A DNA stretch of 64,000 bases from the NCBI GenBank assembly GCA_041671485.1, contig JBAZBL010000003.1, positions 25,412 through 89,411 on the forward strand, written 5' to 3'. This stretch comes from Minisyncoccota bacterium (lineage in GTDB: Bacteria; Patescibacteriota; Minisyncoccia; Phycocordibacterales; PALSA-1337). The notes under the pieces were generated by a model. It did not search any database. It saw only the letters and a list, made by a program, of their open reading frames with translations, and had not been told where the DNA came from. Numbering within the stretch: position 1 is the first letter of the stretch; each line of letters opens with the position of its first letter. Position numbers and translations under genes: made by a program. This document shows, one piece after another, positions 20,501 through 31,334 of the stretch.

Positions 20501-22210
20501 TTATATATTATTTAACAATGTTTTATTATTTGAACAGTCATATACGCTACCAACTATTGCTTTCGATGAAGTATCAAATAAGATATTACATTTATTGAAA
20601 AATTTTCCATAGAATGATTCTTGACCAAGAGGTGGAATACCTACTACCAAGAAATGTCCTCCGAGAGCGACATGTTTTGCAAATTTTTCTCTATAGCCCG
20701 ATTCGGATTCGGGTATAGCATAGATCCTACCACCATATTTCCCAATAGGAGATAAATATTGATTGCCAATATCATTGTAAGAAAGAACACTCTTTATCGA
20801 ATCATTTTCTTTTATATAATTAACCGATTCATTCAAGACTCTTGTTGCGCTACCATTCAACTTTCCAAATAGATATTCTTCAGCAAAAATAATATTATAA
20901 GTCATACCAGTAATAATTAAGATTGACATTATAGCGACTCTCCATTGCTTCTTGAAAAGAGCCACAATGCCCAAAGTGATAGATATTACAAATGAGACTA
21001 CAATAAACATAAAAGAGACATAGAATCCCAAAGGACCAGAACCACCATTGAATGGATTGAGCATTAACCATTGCCCATCAAGGACTCGAGAAAACCATAG
21101 TGTTTTCGGGTATAGAGGCAATACTTCATGTGGCAAGAAATTAGTCAAAATTAATACGACTGATAATACAGCACCTATTATGATCGGTATACGAAGAGTT
21201 TTCCAAATATTTTTGATATCAATCTTTTCAAATATATTAGAGAGTATCATGCCGACTATTATTGATAGTGGTACAATCAAGAACATAAGATATTTGTCGA
21301 GTGCTCCACGTGAGAAATCGAATAAAACAATATAGAATAACAAGCCGAGTATTATATATATAAAAAATATTCTGGTTCTATTGAATATTTCCTTTGTAAT
21401 AAATAGTAGAGGAATAATGAGAAGTGGAGATAAATAGAAAATTGCTTTTACAGCTTGGACAATTATTTGTAGCCAATTTCTGCCAAGACCGTCAGCAAAT
21501 TGATTTGCATGGCCAAGCATTATATTGATACTAAAAGCTGGATATATTGCCTCAAAAAAAGATAAGGAAATAATATATAACAAAGAAAAGCCGATTGTAA
21601 CCATTGAAACAAGTCCTATCTTCCGGATCGTAAACTGCTTCCAATTACTCCAAATATAATCAATTATTAAAACACCAATAACGAGAATAAAGTTCAATTT
21701 AATCAGAAATCCAAACAAAATAGAGACTGTGAGTAATACAAACCATTTCCATTTATTCTTATCTTCTGACTTATTGAATAAGTCATAAAAATAGACTGAT
21801 AGAAGAAAGAAGAAAGGAATGATTGCACCATCAACATCTGGTACTACAGAACCAAATATATTATAAAAACAGATAGTAAATAATACGATTACCCATGTGG
21901 CAATTTTCTTATCTGTCCTATTCCGAACAATTAGGAATAATAGGATACCAGAAGCAATGGAGAATAAAAGTGGAAATATACGAAAATTGTTCTCACCAAA
22001 GATATCGTATGCTGTCACAAATGCAATTTGCATGAGAGGTGGATGAGCAAAGAATCTACCTGCACCTTCTATCGTCTCTGAAGTAGCAACATTTTTCCAT
22101 TCATCTTGATGATACGGATAGTGAATAGCTGGCAATCGCAATACCAAAAAAACCAATGCAATCAATATTACAAAACGCCATTTCTTGATAAATCTAAATA
22201 GATGATGCAT
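20501..22210 (-). CDS. GT-C fold ArnT/PMT-like membrane glycosyltransferase
   Basis: HQDE loop, HPPL motif, many TM helices. Confidence 0.75.
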   Translation of the reverse strand: MHHLFRFIKKWRFVILIALVFLVLRLPAIHYPYHQDEWKNVATSETIEGAGRFFAHPPLMQIAFVTAYDIFGENNFRIFPLLFSIASGILLFLIVRNRTDKKIATWVIVLFTICFYNIFGSVVPDVDGAIIPFFFLLSVYFYDLFNKSEDKNKWKWFVLLTVSILFGFLIKLNFILVIGVLIIDYIWSNWKQFTIRKIGLVSMVTIGFSLLYIISLSFFEAIYPAFSINIMLGHANQFADGLGRNWLQIIVQAVKAIFYLSPLLIIPLLFITKEIFNRTRIFFIYIILGLLFYIVLFDFSRGALDKYLMFLIVPLSIIVGMILSNIFEKIDIKNIWKTLRIPIIIGAVLSVVLILTNFLPHEVLPLYPKTLWFSRVLDGQWLMLNPFNGGSGPLGFYVSFMFIVVSFVISITLGIVALFKKQWRVAIMSILIITGMTYNIIFAEEYLFGKLNGSATRVLNESVNYIKENDSIKSVLSYNDIGNQYLSPIGKYGGRIYAIPESESGYREKFAKHVALGGHFLVVGIPPLGQESFYGKFFNKCNILFDTSSKAIVGSVYDCSNNKTLLNNI

Positions 22211-22646
22211 TTTCGGTTTTCTTCTTGAAGATAAATATTTGATAAATAAAAAAACTTTCTACCGCTATGAAAACACTTGCAATCAATTGAGCAACTATAT
22301 AATGAATACCTAGATATTCGACCTGCATATATAGTAAACCTGTATTTATAAACAAGTTAAATAGAGCAACAGTCAAATAAACCATAGCTTGTCTATGGAT
22401 TTGATCTTTCGACACATCTTGAAAAGTCCAGAATTTTTGCAAAGTAAAACTAACAATAAAAGCTATGGAAAAAGCCATGGCTGCCGAGGCTATATACCAA
22501 ATACCAAAAATTTCAGTAAATAAGTAAAGCAGGAGAATATTGGTAAAAGCAGCAGTACCACCAGATATTAGATAACGTACGACCTTTGCATGAATTGGAT
22601 ATCTACTACTGAGTTCTCCGTATTTGTTTTTTGTCCAGTCAATCAT
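22194..22646 (-). CDS. GtrA family lipid-linked sugar translocase
   Basis: RYLISGG, QKFWTF, 4 TM. Confidence 0.85.
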   Translation of the reverse strand: MIDWTKNKYGELSSRYPIHAKVVRYLISGGTAAFTNILLLYLFTEIFGIWYIASAAMAFSIAFIVSFTLQKFWTFQDVSKDQIHRQAMVYLTVALFNLFINTGLLYMQVEYLGIHYIVAQLIASVFIAVESFFIYQIFIFKKKTENASSI

Positions 22647-22651
22647 ATAGA

Positions 22652-23695
22652 TTATGTGATAGATTCTATAGCACCACACAAGGATAGAGCAAGTTTAGAA
22701 AGACTGTGTTTGGAGTCTACAAGTTCTATAGAGTCTCTACATAATTTATCTTTTTCTTGTCTCGATATGGTCAACAATGTTTGAAGTCTATTAGATAGAG
22801 AGTCATTATTACATTCTTTGAATAGGAGAGAACTAGCGATCATACCTTCAAGATTTTTATTTGATGAGATAGATAGACATCCACACGCCATGGCTTCAAA
22901 TATTGTCTTATCATACATACCACTTGGACTAAGGTTTACAAATATCTGATGGCTTGAATATATTAATGGTGTTTCGTGATTTGGTATACAAGAATGAAAT
23001 TTGATCTTTGGAATAAGATTGGAGTTTTGAACTTTATCAATTAATGATTGATAATACTCTCTACTATCATTTGAAGGATCACCATAGATTGAAGCAGAAA
23101 AATCAATACCCTTTTTATCGAGTAGAATCAGAGAATCAATGAGGATATCTGGTCTCTTTGACGGCGCAATCCTACCTAAAAATAAAATAGAATCTTTCAT
23201 ACGATCAACAGTATCGACAGGCTTAAATATTTCCGTATCTATACCAACGGGCATGAGAACGGTCTTCTTATATTTTGCCGTAAAAGAATATTTGGAAGTA
23301 CAAAATATTTTATGACAGAATATTGATGCAACATCAGTGAGAGATGACCCTTCATAATGATTCCTCCACATATATACCTTCTTGCCCCACAGTCTCCAGA
23401 GCCAACCTGCCAATATTAGATACTCTTGATTCATATGCACAAAAACTGCATCATAATTTTTCTTTTCATGCTGAATATACCAATAAAAATGAATGAGATA
23501 CTGTAGTCGTGATTGTTTCTCCTCCTTCCCTAGAGAAAGCACCTTCACATTCTTTGGCAATTCATATTTACCCATCTCTAGACATATGACTGTGATTGAC
23601 TCAAAATGCTTCGCAAATTCTATGATCCATCTATGAAAAAAGCCGAGGATCGGATCGTCTTTATTTACTTTCTGTGTGACGATGAGTAATTTCAT
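22652..23695 (-). CDS. GT4 glycosyltransferase
   Basis: GRIAPSK, DKTIFEAMACG. Confidence 0.87.
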   Translation of the reverse strand: MKLLIVTQKVNKDDPILGFFHRWIIEFAKHFESITVICLEMGKYELPKNVKVLSLGKEEKQSRLQYLIHFYWYIQHEKKNYDAVFVHMNQEYLILAGWLWRLWGKKVYMWRNHYEGSSLTDVASIFCHKIFCTSKYSFTAKYKKTVLMPVGIDTEIFKPVDTVDRMKDSILFLGRIAPSKRPDILIDSLILLDKKGIDFSASIYGDPSNDSREYYQSLIDKVQNSNLIPKIKFHSCIPNHETPLIYSSHQIFVNLSPSGMYDKTIFEAMACGCLSISSNKNLEGMIASSLLFKECNNDSLSNRLQTLLTISRQEKDKLCRDSIELVDSKHSLSKLALSLCGAIESIT

Positions 23696-23722
23696 TTTAT
23701 TCTCTTTATATCATGGATCTGT

Positions 23723-24745
23723 TTAAGACTTACTCAATTGATTTACTACCGCCCTCGCCACACTCTTCTCGCAAAACTCCACAATAGTTGCCCCCATTTC
23801 TTTTGCCACCCCCACATCAGTCGATATTATCGAACAATCTGCTGACTTGGCTTCTACGAAAGTCATACCATATCCTTCATATAGTGAAGTAGACAAGAAG
23901 GCATCAGCAGTCTTGTAATACGATGCAAGTGTCTGATTGCTTGTCCATGTTTCAAATTTTACAGAATTAGAAAGACCAAGCTTCTTCACCAATGACCTTA
24001 ACTTTGATCCTTGTGAACCCAAACCCACTATGATCAAACCCGCTTTTGGTAATTTCTCTACAACTTTCTTCCAAGAATTTATTGCAAGATCAATATTTTT
24101 CTCCTTTTCAAATCGTGATGCCATGAGAACAATATTATCGAATTGACCATACTTATCATGAAGATCAACTGTTATTGGCGCATTCTTTATCCATTCCGTA
24201 TCAATTGATATTGGTCTTACTATGATCTTTGAATCATCTATTTTTAATCTTTTTATCAGATAATCTTTCAATCTATTTGAAACAACCCTTATCGTATCTG
24301 CTTTTGGCAAGTAAGATAAAGCCATAAATTTACGTATGCCATTCAAGACCGAATGACTAAAATACTGACTTGCAATATCTGTATGCAGTTGTATCTCTAG
24401 TGGAATCTTGAATCTTTTCTTGAGAGATATTCCAGCCATAGATGTCAAAAATGGATCTTGGCATGTGATATGACTTATTTTTCTCTTTTCAATGATAAAT
24501 CTGCCAAGCCTTATAGCATCAAGTGAATATGTAAATTGACTTATAGACTCTGTAGAATATGCCCAACAATTGTCGGAGAGAACTACTTCACTCGGAACAC
24601 CCACATTTTGTGTTGCAAAGACAATTATATGCACTTCATCCCATTGTTTTGCATATTCTATCTGTCGCATACGTACAGCACTATCACTTTCGAATATCTT
24701 TCGATCTGTCGATATCATTAGTAATTTTTTAACTAGATTATTCAT
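23723..24745 (-). CDS. GT4 glycosyltransferase
   Basis: SRFEKEK, YEGYGMTFVEA, STDVG. Confidence 0.87.
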   Translation of the reverse strand: MNNLVKKLLMISTDRKIFESDSAVRMRQIEYAKQWDEVHIIVFATQNVGVPSEVVLSDNCWAYSTESISQFTYSLDAIRLGRFIIEKRKISHITCQDPFLTSMAGISLKKRFKIPLEIQLHTDIASQYFSHSVLNGIRKFMALSYLPKADTIRVVSNRLKDYLIKRLKIDDSKIIVRPISIDTEWIKNAPITVDLHDKYGQFDNIVLMASRFEKEKNIDLAINSWKKVVEKLPKAGLIIVGLGSQGSKLRSLVKKLGLSNSVKFETWTSNQTLASYYKTADAFLSTSLYEGYGMTFVEAKSADCSIISTDVGVAKEMGATIVEFCEKSVARAVVNQLSKS

Positions 24746-24755
24746 TATTTTAATT

Positions 24756-25907
24756 TTAGCATTTACCAGAACATGTATGATGAGAATTATTTTTAATATC
24801 CATCAAAAATAGTTTACATAGTTGATCCAATGTATTATCTATAGAAAATTGTTTTGATTTTTGCTTTGCTATCATCCTTATTTTCTCTCTAAAATCAGAA
24901 TCATCTAGTATTTTGAGAATTGATATTTTCAATGCTTCTCTATCATCTGGCTTCACTAGAATACCAGAATTACCATCTTCTATTATTTCTGGAATATTTC
25001 CAATATTTGTCGATACAACAGGTATTCCAGCATACATTGCTTCGACTATTTGGAATGAAAAACTCTCAAAAGAAGTATTCAAAACAAAAATGTCAGAAGC
25101 TATAAGATAAGAGAACATCTCTGATCTTGATATTGATCCTGTCAATATGACTATACTTTCAAGACCTTTGTCTACTATATATCTTTCCAATGCAGGTCTG
25201 TCTGGACCATCACCTATTATATATAGTTTACAATTCGGTATATCTTTTACTAGATTTCCTATAACATCGATCAATGTGAAAAAACCTTTCCATGGAACCA
25301 GGCGACCAGAGGATACAATTGATATCACATTATTTGAAATAGAAACTTTTTCTCTCGCAACATCTTTAGATTCATCAAGTGTAGGGAATTCAATACCATT
25401 ATAAATATGAAAAACTCTTTTTTGTTTTTTATTCCATCTAGATACCAAATCTCGAAAATAGATACTAGGAGTAATAACAGTATCCGCATGACCTACAACA
25501 AACTTTTGTATTGATCTCAAGAATTCAACATTCGTTTTGTATTTCTTGTTTTGAAAATCATCTATAGTATCACTGATACCAAATCTCTGCATCGATTGTT
25601 CCCAAGCATAATCACCAGCTACTCGTATAAAAAATTTCTTACCCAATATCTTGGATACAAATAAAGATGGCAGACCAACAGAGACAGGATCTTGGGCAAA
25701 TATAATATCACACCCTCTGGATCTTTTAATAAGTTTAAAGAAGAAAACAATATGTCTTATAACCTTGGGCAAATGCCTCACCTCACCAAATGACAAAATC
25801 AAAACCTCTATCCCTCTTTTTGGCAATTCATCATTTAGGAGTTTGGAATAGGTTGCCGGCCCCCCAATATCTGGCGGATATATACCCGTTGCTATCAATA
25901 TTTTCAT
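24756..25907 (-). CDS. GT4 glycosyltransferase
   Basis: YPPDIGGP, GRLVPWKG, ESFSFQIVEAM. Confidence 0.88.
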   Translation of the reverse strand: MKILIATGIYPPDIGGPATYSKLLNDELPKRGIEVLILSFGEVRHLPKVIRHIVFFFKLIKRSRGCDIIFAQDPVSVGLPSLFVSKILGKKFFIRVAGDYAWEQSMQRFGISDTIDDFQNKKYKTNVEFLRSIQKFVVGHADTVITPSIYFRDLVSRWNKKQKRVFHIYNGIEFPTLDESKDVAREKVSISNNVISIVSSGRLVPWKGFFTLIDVIGNLVKDIPNCKLYIIGDGPDRPALERYIVDKGLESIVILTGSISRSEMFSYLIASDIFVLNTSFESFSFQIVEAMYAGIPVVSTNIGNIPEIIEDGNSGILVKPDDREALKISILKILDDSDFREKIRMIAKQKSKQFSIDNTLDQLCKLFLMDIKNNSHHTCSGKC

Positions 25908-25955
25908 GAGTGTAGTCTACCAAAAATCCACGAAATTCCAAGTGTTTTGGATAAT

Positions 25956-26136
25956 TGCAAGCAACATTTGATTTTTAGTTTTGGCAACCTGTTTGAGCGC
26001 AGTATAAATTTCTTGACAAAATACTGCTGTTAGCTGGAATTGCTCGATGTATGACATCGAGCAATTCCGCAAGTATTTTGTCTAGAAATTTAACGGAGCG
26101 AGTCTTGCCAAAACTAAAAATCAAATGTTGCTTGCA
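25956..26136. repeat. Long nested palindromic element, family 1 copy A
   Basis: Perfect 32-bp terminal inverted repeat (25956-25987 / 26105-26136) plus two inner stems. Confidence 0.9.
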
Positions 26137-26139
26137 CTA

Positions 26140-27360
26140 TCACATATTCTCAAATATCTCATTCATCTTTTCTGCAACCATATCCCAATCATATTTTTGT
26201 CTGACCATCTCACTCGCCTGTCTTATGATATATTCTCGGGATTCTTTGTCTTTCATAAGCTTTTCTACTTTCTGTGCAATACTCTTTGGATTCTTAACCT
26301 CACAGAAAAGTCCAGTCTCACCATTCTGGAGGAAATCAACAATACCTCCAACTGGCGTTGCAATAACTGGAATACCCGCAGCCATCGCTTCTATAAATGA
26401 ATTGCCAAATCCTTCAGAAAGTGATGGACGTACAAATATATCAGACACTTGCAAATATTTTGGTAATTGATCGTGTGGAATATTCCCTAGGAATTGAACT
26501 CTCGATCCGAGGGTAGGCCCGCCTTCGGCGGGGTAGGCCTCGGGAACCACCTCCGACATCGCTTTCAATCTACTTTCTTCATAACCACTTCCCAATATCA
26601 ACAATTTGACATTTTCTGGCAAATATTGAAGAGAGTCAATAATGTCATTCACTGCATTTTTCACGACCAATCTGGATGTTGTTATGATGAAAATATCGTC
26701 TTTTTGCTTGCCCAATTGCCCTTTTAAGGCCTCTAAACGCCCACTAGAGACCTGTTTAGAGAAATAAGCATAATCTACACCATTTGGCACTATTTTCACC
26801 TCGCATTTGGCCCCCATATCTACAGCCCAATCTGCCAGATATTTTGATATTGTCTGAATACAATCTGCACGTCTAAATATCATTTTGAAAAGTGGATATA
26901 GTGGTCTAGCGCGTTTCTTGATATATGGTATAGGATCGCCATCTTGGAGAGTAAATATAAATGGGACTTTCGGATGAATGAGTTTGAAGAAAAGTGCAGC
27001 AAATGAATTGTATGTAGCCATAAGTGACCATATAGCATCGTATTTCTTTTTCCTATGAAGAGAGACTGCTTTCAGAAAACCAGTTATCAAGAAAGCATAT
27101 TTATTCAAATCTAAATACCAATGCAAAGAATCTGAAGAAGTTTTTTGCTTACCCGTCCAACCTACACGATATATATCAACATTCCCAATACGTTCAAATT
27201 TGGGCAAGCTAGAATCCAGATGCAAAGTCACCATGTCAAACTGGACATCATCTGTAGATATCCTATCTGTTATTTCTTTTATCGCTATCTCTGCCCCGCC
27301 TATATAACGTGGATAGTAGACTAGCGAAAATATGAGTATTTTGCGCATATCTTCATTCAA
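26140..27360 (-). CDS. GT4 glycosyltransferase with a short in-frame palindromic insert
   Basis: GGAE, SRLVVKN, SEGFGNSFIEAMAAG. Confidence 0.88.
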   Translation of the reverse strand: MNEDMRKILIFSLVYYPRYIGGAEIAIKEITDRISTDDVQFDMVTLHLDSSLPKFERIGNVDIYRVGWTGKQKTSSDSLHWYLDLNKYAFLITGFLKAVSLHRKKKYDAIWSLMATYNSFAALFFKLIHPKVPFIFTLQDGDPIPYIKKRARPLYPLFKMIFRRADCIQTISKYLADWAVDMGAKCEVKIVPNGVDYAYFSKQVSSGRLEALKGQLGKQKDDIFIITTSRLVVKNAVNDIIDSLQYLPENVKLLILGSGYEESRLKAMSEVVPEAYPAEGGPTLGSRVQFLGNIPHDQLPKYLQVSDIFVRPSLSEGFGNSFIEAMAAGIPVIATPVGGIVDFLQNGETGLFCEVKNPKSIAQKVEKLMKDKESREYIIRQASEMVRQKYDWDMVAEKMNEIFENM

Positions 27361-29120
27361 TCAACTTTCAAGACATTTTTCAAGACATATTCTGGAACTT
27401 CTTTTGGTTGTGGAGAACCATGATCAGTTGAATTATTTTGGACCTGATCTTTTGTATCATTTGGCTTTGGATTATTTAGTATTACAGGATTTGGCTTAAC
27501 ATTCTTGCTCATAATTGCTTGAAGCGCACTTTTCAATTCATTAACATTTTCTTTTGTCTGTACTTTGGGATCGCTCTTTAATTTATTTTTATTTAATACT
27601 GATAGTGGAGCAGGTTTAACATTTGTATTCATTGTATGTCCGTGTTGAATCGGCATATCATACTGTTTCTTTTGATGATTTATATTTGGGCTGACATTTG
27701 GTACTTCAACATTTTTTGGCACACTAGTACTACTGTAGTCAGTTTTGACAGGAATTGGAGGAATTGGCTTTGAAATATTTATAGTTTGATTTATAGGAAT
27801 TGACTTCAGTACTGATGGTGGTGCCACTTTTACAGGTGGTTCATGGAATTTGATGATTTCTTCCTCTACTCCTGCCCTCTTCCTTGCAAATTGCTCTCTC
27901 GAAGCCTCGATAATCTCTTTTACAAAGGATTCATCTGGCTGTGTTATGGGTGGTAATGTTACAGCAGAGAAAGGTGGTGATGTTAGTCCATCTATCATAA
28001 GTTTGAGATATACCTGTGCAAAGCCGAGATTTACCAAATCTTCTATGACAAATGTTGGCGAGAATTCTTTTTCCAATAATTCTGCATCTGTTGCACCTAC
28101 TCTAAATACAATCATTGTTCCAACGTTACCAAATACTGCAGCACAAACATCTTCATCCATTTGTTCGACATATTGATGTGCAATAGTTAGATTCAACTTG
28201 TATTTCCTAGCTTCTGACAAAATATCAGCAAAAGAAGCATTTGCAAAGTTTTGGAATTCATCTACATATAGATAGAAATTTGGCAACGCCTTTGCTATCC
28301 TATCCGGCGTATCAGCCCTAGACATTGCCGAGAGATATATCTTTGTTACAAGCATACCTCCTAGGAGCTTCATATTTTCATCACCTATCCTTCCTTTCGA
28401 AAGGTTTATTATCACAATCTTTTTAGAATCCATAGCTTCTCTAAAGTCAAAAGATGATTGTGGTTGACCTATCATATTCCTGATCAGAGGATTGGCTGTG
28501 AATTGACCAACTTTATTTTGTATAGCTGGTACAGCTTCGGCGGCCATGCGTTCTGTATAGTTAGCAAATTCTTTTGCCCAGAAGTTTTTGACCGATGGGT
28601 CTTTGATCTTGGAGACAATCTCTTTTCTATATTCTTTATCAGAGAGAATCCTATTTACCCCTAAAAGTGTTGAGCCAGGAACTTCGAGCAATGCCAAGAG
28701 AGTATTCGTCAATATGTATTCCATTCTGGCTGACCAAGCATCAACCCATATTTTCTTGAATGTACTCATGAGACCCGATACTACTAGATGCCTCTTGTCT
28801 ATATCTACACTCTCTAGAACATTGAATGATATCGGGTATTCAACATCAAATGGTGCAATATAGATAACATCTTTTATTCTTTCTTTTGGAACATATTCGA
28901 GAAGTAAGTCAGCAGTCTTGCCGTGTGGATCAATGAAGCATAGACCTTCGCCGGCCTGAATGTCCTGCACAGCCATATTCTCGAGCATTGTTGACTTGCC
29001 CATGCCTGTCTTACCTATGACATATACATGCTTCGTCCTGTCTTTTGCTTTGATACCAAATCTTACTCGTTTATTACGAGCATCTGTTTCTCCGAAATAT
29101 GTTATGCGATTTTCATCCAT
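27357..29120 (-). CDS. VirB4/TraG/HerA-like P-loop ATPase with a Pro/Asn-rich tail
   Basis: Walker A GKTGMGKS, IDPHG, LYVDEFQNF, SEARKY.L.L..AHQY. Confidence 0.82.
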   Translation of the reverse strand: MDENRITYFGETDARNKRVRFGIKAKDRTKHVYVIGKTGMGKSTMLENMAVQDIQAGEGLCFIDPHGKTADLLLEYVPKERIKDVIYIAPFDVEYPISFNVLESVDIDKRHLVVSGLMSTFKKIWVDAWSARMEYILTNTLLALLEVPGSTLLGVNRILSDKEYRKEIVSKIKDPSVKNFWAKEFANYTERMAAEAVPAIQNKVGQFTANPLIRNMIGQPQSSFDFREAMDSKKIVIINLSKGRIGDENMKLLGGMLVTKIYLSAMSRADTPDRIAKALPNFYLYVDEFQNFANASFADILSEARKYKLNLTIAHQYVEQMDEDVCAAVFGNVGTMIVFRVGATDAELLEKEFSPTFVIEDLVNLGFAQVYLKLMIDGLTSPPFSAVTLPPITQPDESFVKEIIEASREQFARKRAGVEEEIIKFHEPPVKVAPPSVLKSIPINQTINISKPIPPIPVKTDYSSTSVPKNVEVPNVSPNINHQKKQYDMPIQHGHTMNTNVKPAPLSVLNKNKLKSDPKVQTKENVNELKSALQAIMSKNVKPNPVILNNPKPNDTKDQVQNNSTDHGSPQPKEVPEYVLKNVLKVD

Positions 29121-29194
29121 ACAAGATACGAATTAACGAATTATTCAAATTACGAATGGATACAAATGTAACACATATTATTTTACCATATAAT

Positions 29195-29229
29195 AAAGAA
29201 AACCGGCACGCGCTCCTGTGGCGTGCCGG
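29195..29229 (-). terminator. Intrinsic terminator
   Basis: 9-bp GC stem CCGGCACGC/GCGTGCCGG followed by TTTTCTTT on the minus strand. Confidence 0.7.
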
Positions 29230-29266
29230 GGAAGATTACGGTTGTCATTAGTACCACTGTGGCACA

Positions 29267-29479
29267 CTAATGAGTAGCGGGTAACATTGTTTCCGGAGGG
29301 ATCCATCCTTTTTGGATCAATAGATGAGCTTGAGCTCTGTCCTTGATCCGACGTCCAATACCGTGCCTCATAAGAAACCTCTGAACCTTGTCAAAGGCTT
29401 CATTAGGGACATGTACTCTTGGCGTTTTTGAATGATCCTTGAGAACAGGACCTACCGGTAACTGGAATGTTCTAGCCAT
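29267..29479 (-). CDS. Small hypothetical protein
   Basis: 70-aa intergenic ORF followed by a terminator. Confidence 0.5.
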   Translation of the reverse strand: MARTFQLPVGPVLKDHSKTPRVHVPNEAFDKVQRFLMRHGIGRRIKDRAQAHLLIQKGWIPPETMLPATH

Positions 29480-29619
29480 AACTTAACTAACGAACGTTAA
29501 CCGATTTTGATTTTGTATGTGCTTCCCACCCATCGAACAATCATCCGACTAGCACATGCTCCGAGTGAAGATAGTACCACTTATGAAAAATATGGCAAGT
29601 GCATAACTATTACTAATAT

Positions 29620-29830
29620 TGTAGGCATCTAGGAAATATGAGTTTTCGCAAATCGAGGACTGTCTGAGCGACTAAAAATTGCTTGATAAAATGCGTAGGT
29701 TGCGGGAATTGCTACGATACTGAGGCATTTCTAATGCCGAAGTATCGAGCAATTCAATAGCATTTTATCTAGCAATTTAAGGAGCGAGTTCCGCAGATTT
29801 GCGAAAACTCATATTTCCTAGATGCCTACA
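29620..29830. repeat. Long nested palindromic element, family 1 copy B
   Basis: 35-bp terminal inverted repeat (29620-29654 / 29796-29830); inner stems similar to copy A. Confidence 0.9.
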
Positions 29831-31013
29831 TAGGAGACTCTTCGAGAAAAATCCTCTTATCATACACACTCCCTGCATTCCACAACATCCAACTATCGAA
29901 GCCAGCGTCATATGTCGCTTGCATTTGTTTCCTCACCATTTCTGGCGTATATGTTGCACCAAGGTTAAATGCTTGAAGCCATGGACGTAATTTGTTTGGT
30001 GTAGAAGAAGCATTGTATATTTTCACAAAAGCTTGATCCATAGAATATTTCACGACTTTATATGGTTCTGTAGCAGGTTTCTCTATACCGATAAAGCCAT
30101 ATGCAAAATGTGATGGATATACCATAGGACCAACATAGTCAAAATATATGAGAGCATCTTCTAGAACTTGACCAATACCCAAGTCACCACTAGCACTAGT
30201 CGTAAGCCCAAATAGATCCGCGGAGAGAACTGCTTTTGTTTCTGACATTTGCTGGCGCAGATATGCAAAGAAACTAGAAAGAATATTCGTTCTATGTGTT
30301 GTAGAACTTATATTATAAAGTATGTCTTTTATATTTCCATCAGATGGAAAACGTATATAGTCATAATTCAATTCATCGAAACCAATAGATGAAGCTTCTT
30401 TGGAAAGATCTACTATATAATCCCAAAATACTTTTGAACCAGGGTGAATATAAGCGAGACCCATATTGTCATGCCAAGACGATTCAGGATTGGATACTTT
30501 CTTTATAGCTGATTCAGGATACTTGGATGCATATAGAGGATCTTGGAATACTGTAATCCTAGCTATTACATATATACCCAATTCATGCAATTCATTTATA
30601 AATTCTGGAAAATCTTGTACGATACAACCTCTACCACGAGCATAATTCCCTACCGTCGTAGAAGAATACGATACTGTACCTGTATAGTCTTTTAGATCAA
30701 CAACGATACTATTCAATTCTGTTCCTTTGAAAAGTTCAATGGTTTTATTGCGCAATCTCTTTTCGCTAGCTGTACATGCGGTGATATATATAGCTTTGAC
30801 AGGAATGGGTGTAGCGATATGAGTGATGGTAGGTTTGGCAATAATATTATTGGTCAAAGTTGATACATCAATATCATCTGATGTATTTGAATATTTGATT
30901 ACGCCAATAGATGATATAAATATCAAATAAGAGAGTATTGCAAGAATAAAAAAAGCACCAACGATGACCGTGACAATTCGCGTTGCGCCAAACTTACGCC
31001 ACTCTTTTATCAT
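29826..31013 (-). CDS. Membrane-anchored putative glycoside hydrolase (DUF4015-like TIM barrel)
   Basis: N-terminal TM; KAIY, IARITVFQD, GFDELNYDYIRFP, PMVYPSH, RPWLQAF. Confidence 0.8.
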   Translation of the reverse strand: MIKEWRKFGATRIVTVIVGAFFILAILSYLIFISSIGVIKYSNTSDDIDVSTLTNNIIAKPTITHIATPIPVKAIYITACTASEKRLRNKTIELFKGTELNSIVVDLKDYTGTVSYSSTTVGNYARGRGCIVQDFPEFINELHELGIYVIARITVFQDPLYASKYPESAIKKVSNPESSWHDNMGLAYIHPGSKVFWDYIVDLSKEASSIGFDELNYDYIRFPSDGNIKDILYNISSTTHRTNILSSFFAYLRQQMSETKAVLSADLFGLTTSASGDLGIGQVLEDALIYFDYVGPMVYPSHFAYGFIGIEKPATEPYKVVKYSMDQAFVKIYNASSTPNKLRPWLQAFNLGATYTPEMVRKQMQATYDAGFDSWMLWNAGSVYDKRIFLEESPM

Positions 31014-31015
31014 TT

Positions 31016-31276
31016 TTATATTTCGGATAATGGACGACTAATAATTGTTTCATCTCTTGTAGGAGGAGAAAGTGATTTTTCTTTATGTTCAATATATGGC
31101 AATGCTTCTTGATCGGCCTTACTCATCTCACGAGTAGTGCAAATCCTATAAGCCAAGAATATTATGAGAAGACCGATAAATATATATATTATATTGTCCC
31201 AAGTAGATGGAAAACCAAGATATGGTAATACCATAACGATGATTCCAAGAATTATTAACCATTGTCTTTTTGACAT
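31016..31276 (-). CDS. Small two-TM membrane protein
   Basis: Two hydrophobic segments around LPYLGFP; 2 nt from the next gene. Confidence 0.65.
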   Translation of the reverse strand: MSKRQWLIILGIIVMVLPYLGFPSTWDNIIYIFIGLLIIFLAYRICTTREMSKADQEALPYIEHKEKSLSPPTRDETIISRPLSEI

Positions 31277-31334
31277 GTTGCAATTATAACCCGAAATGAT
31301 AGAATCGCGCTAGAAGGATAGTACGAAAAAAAAT

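Noticed and set aside
29126-29167. Short TACGAAT-like tandem motifs upstream of the ATPase
   Set aside because: Only 3-4 degenerate units in AT-rich DNA, too weak to call
29715-29750. CTGAGG...CCGAAG as a hammerhead ribozyme core
   Set aside because: It lacks the full CUGAnGA and GAAA consensus and a three-way junction; treated as an internal loop of the palindrome
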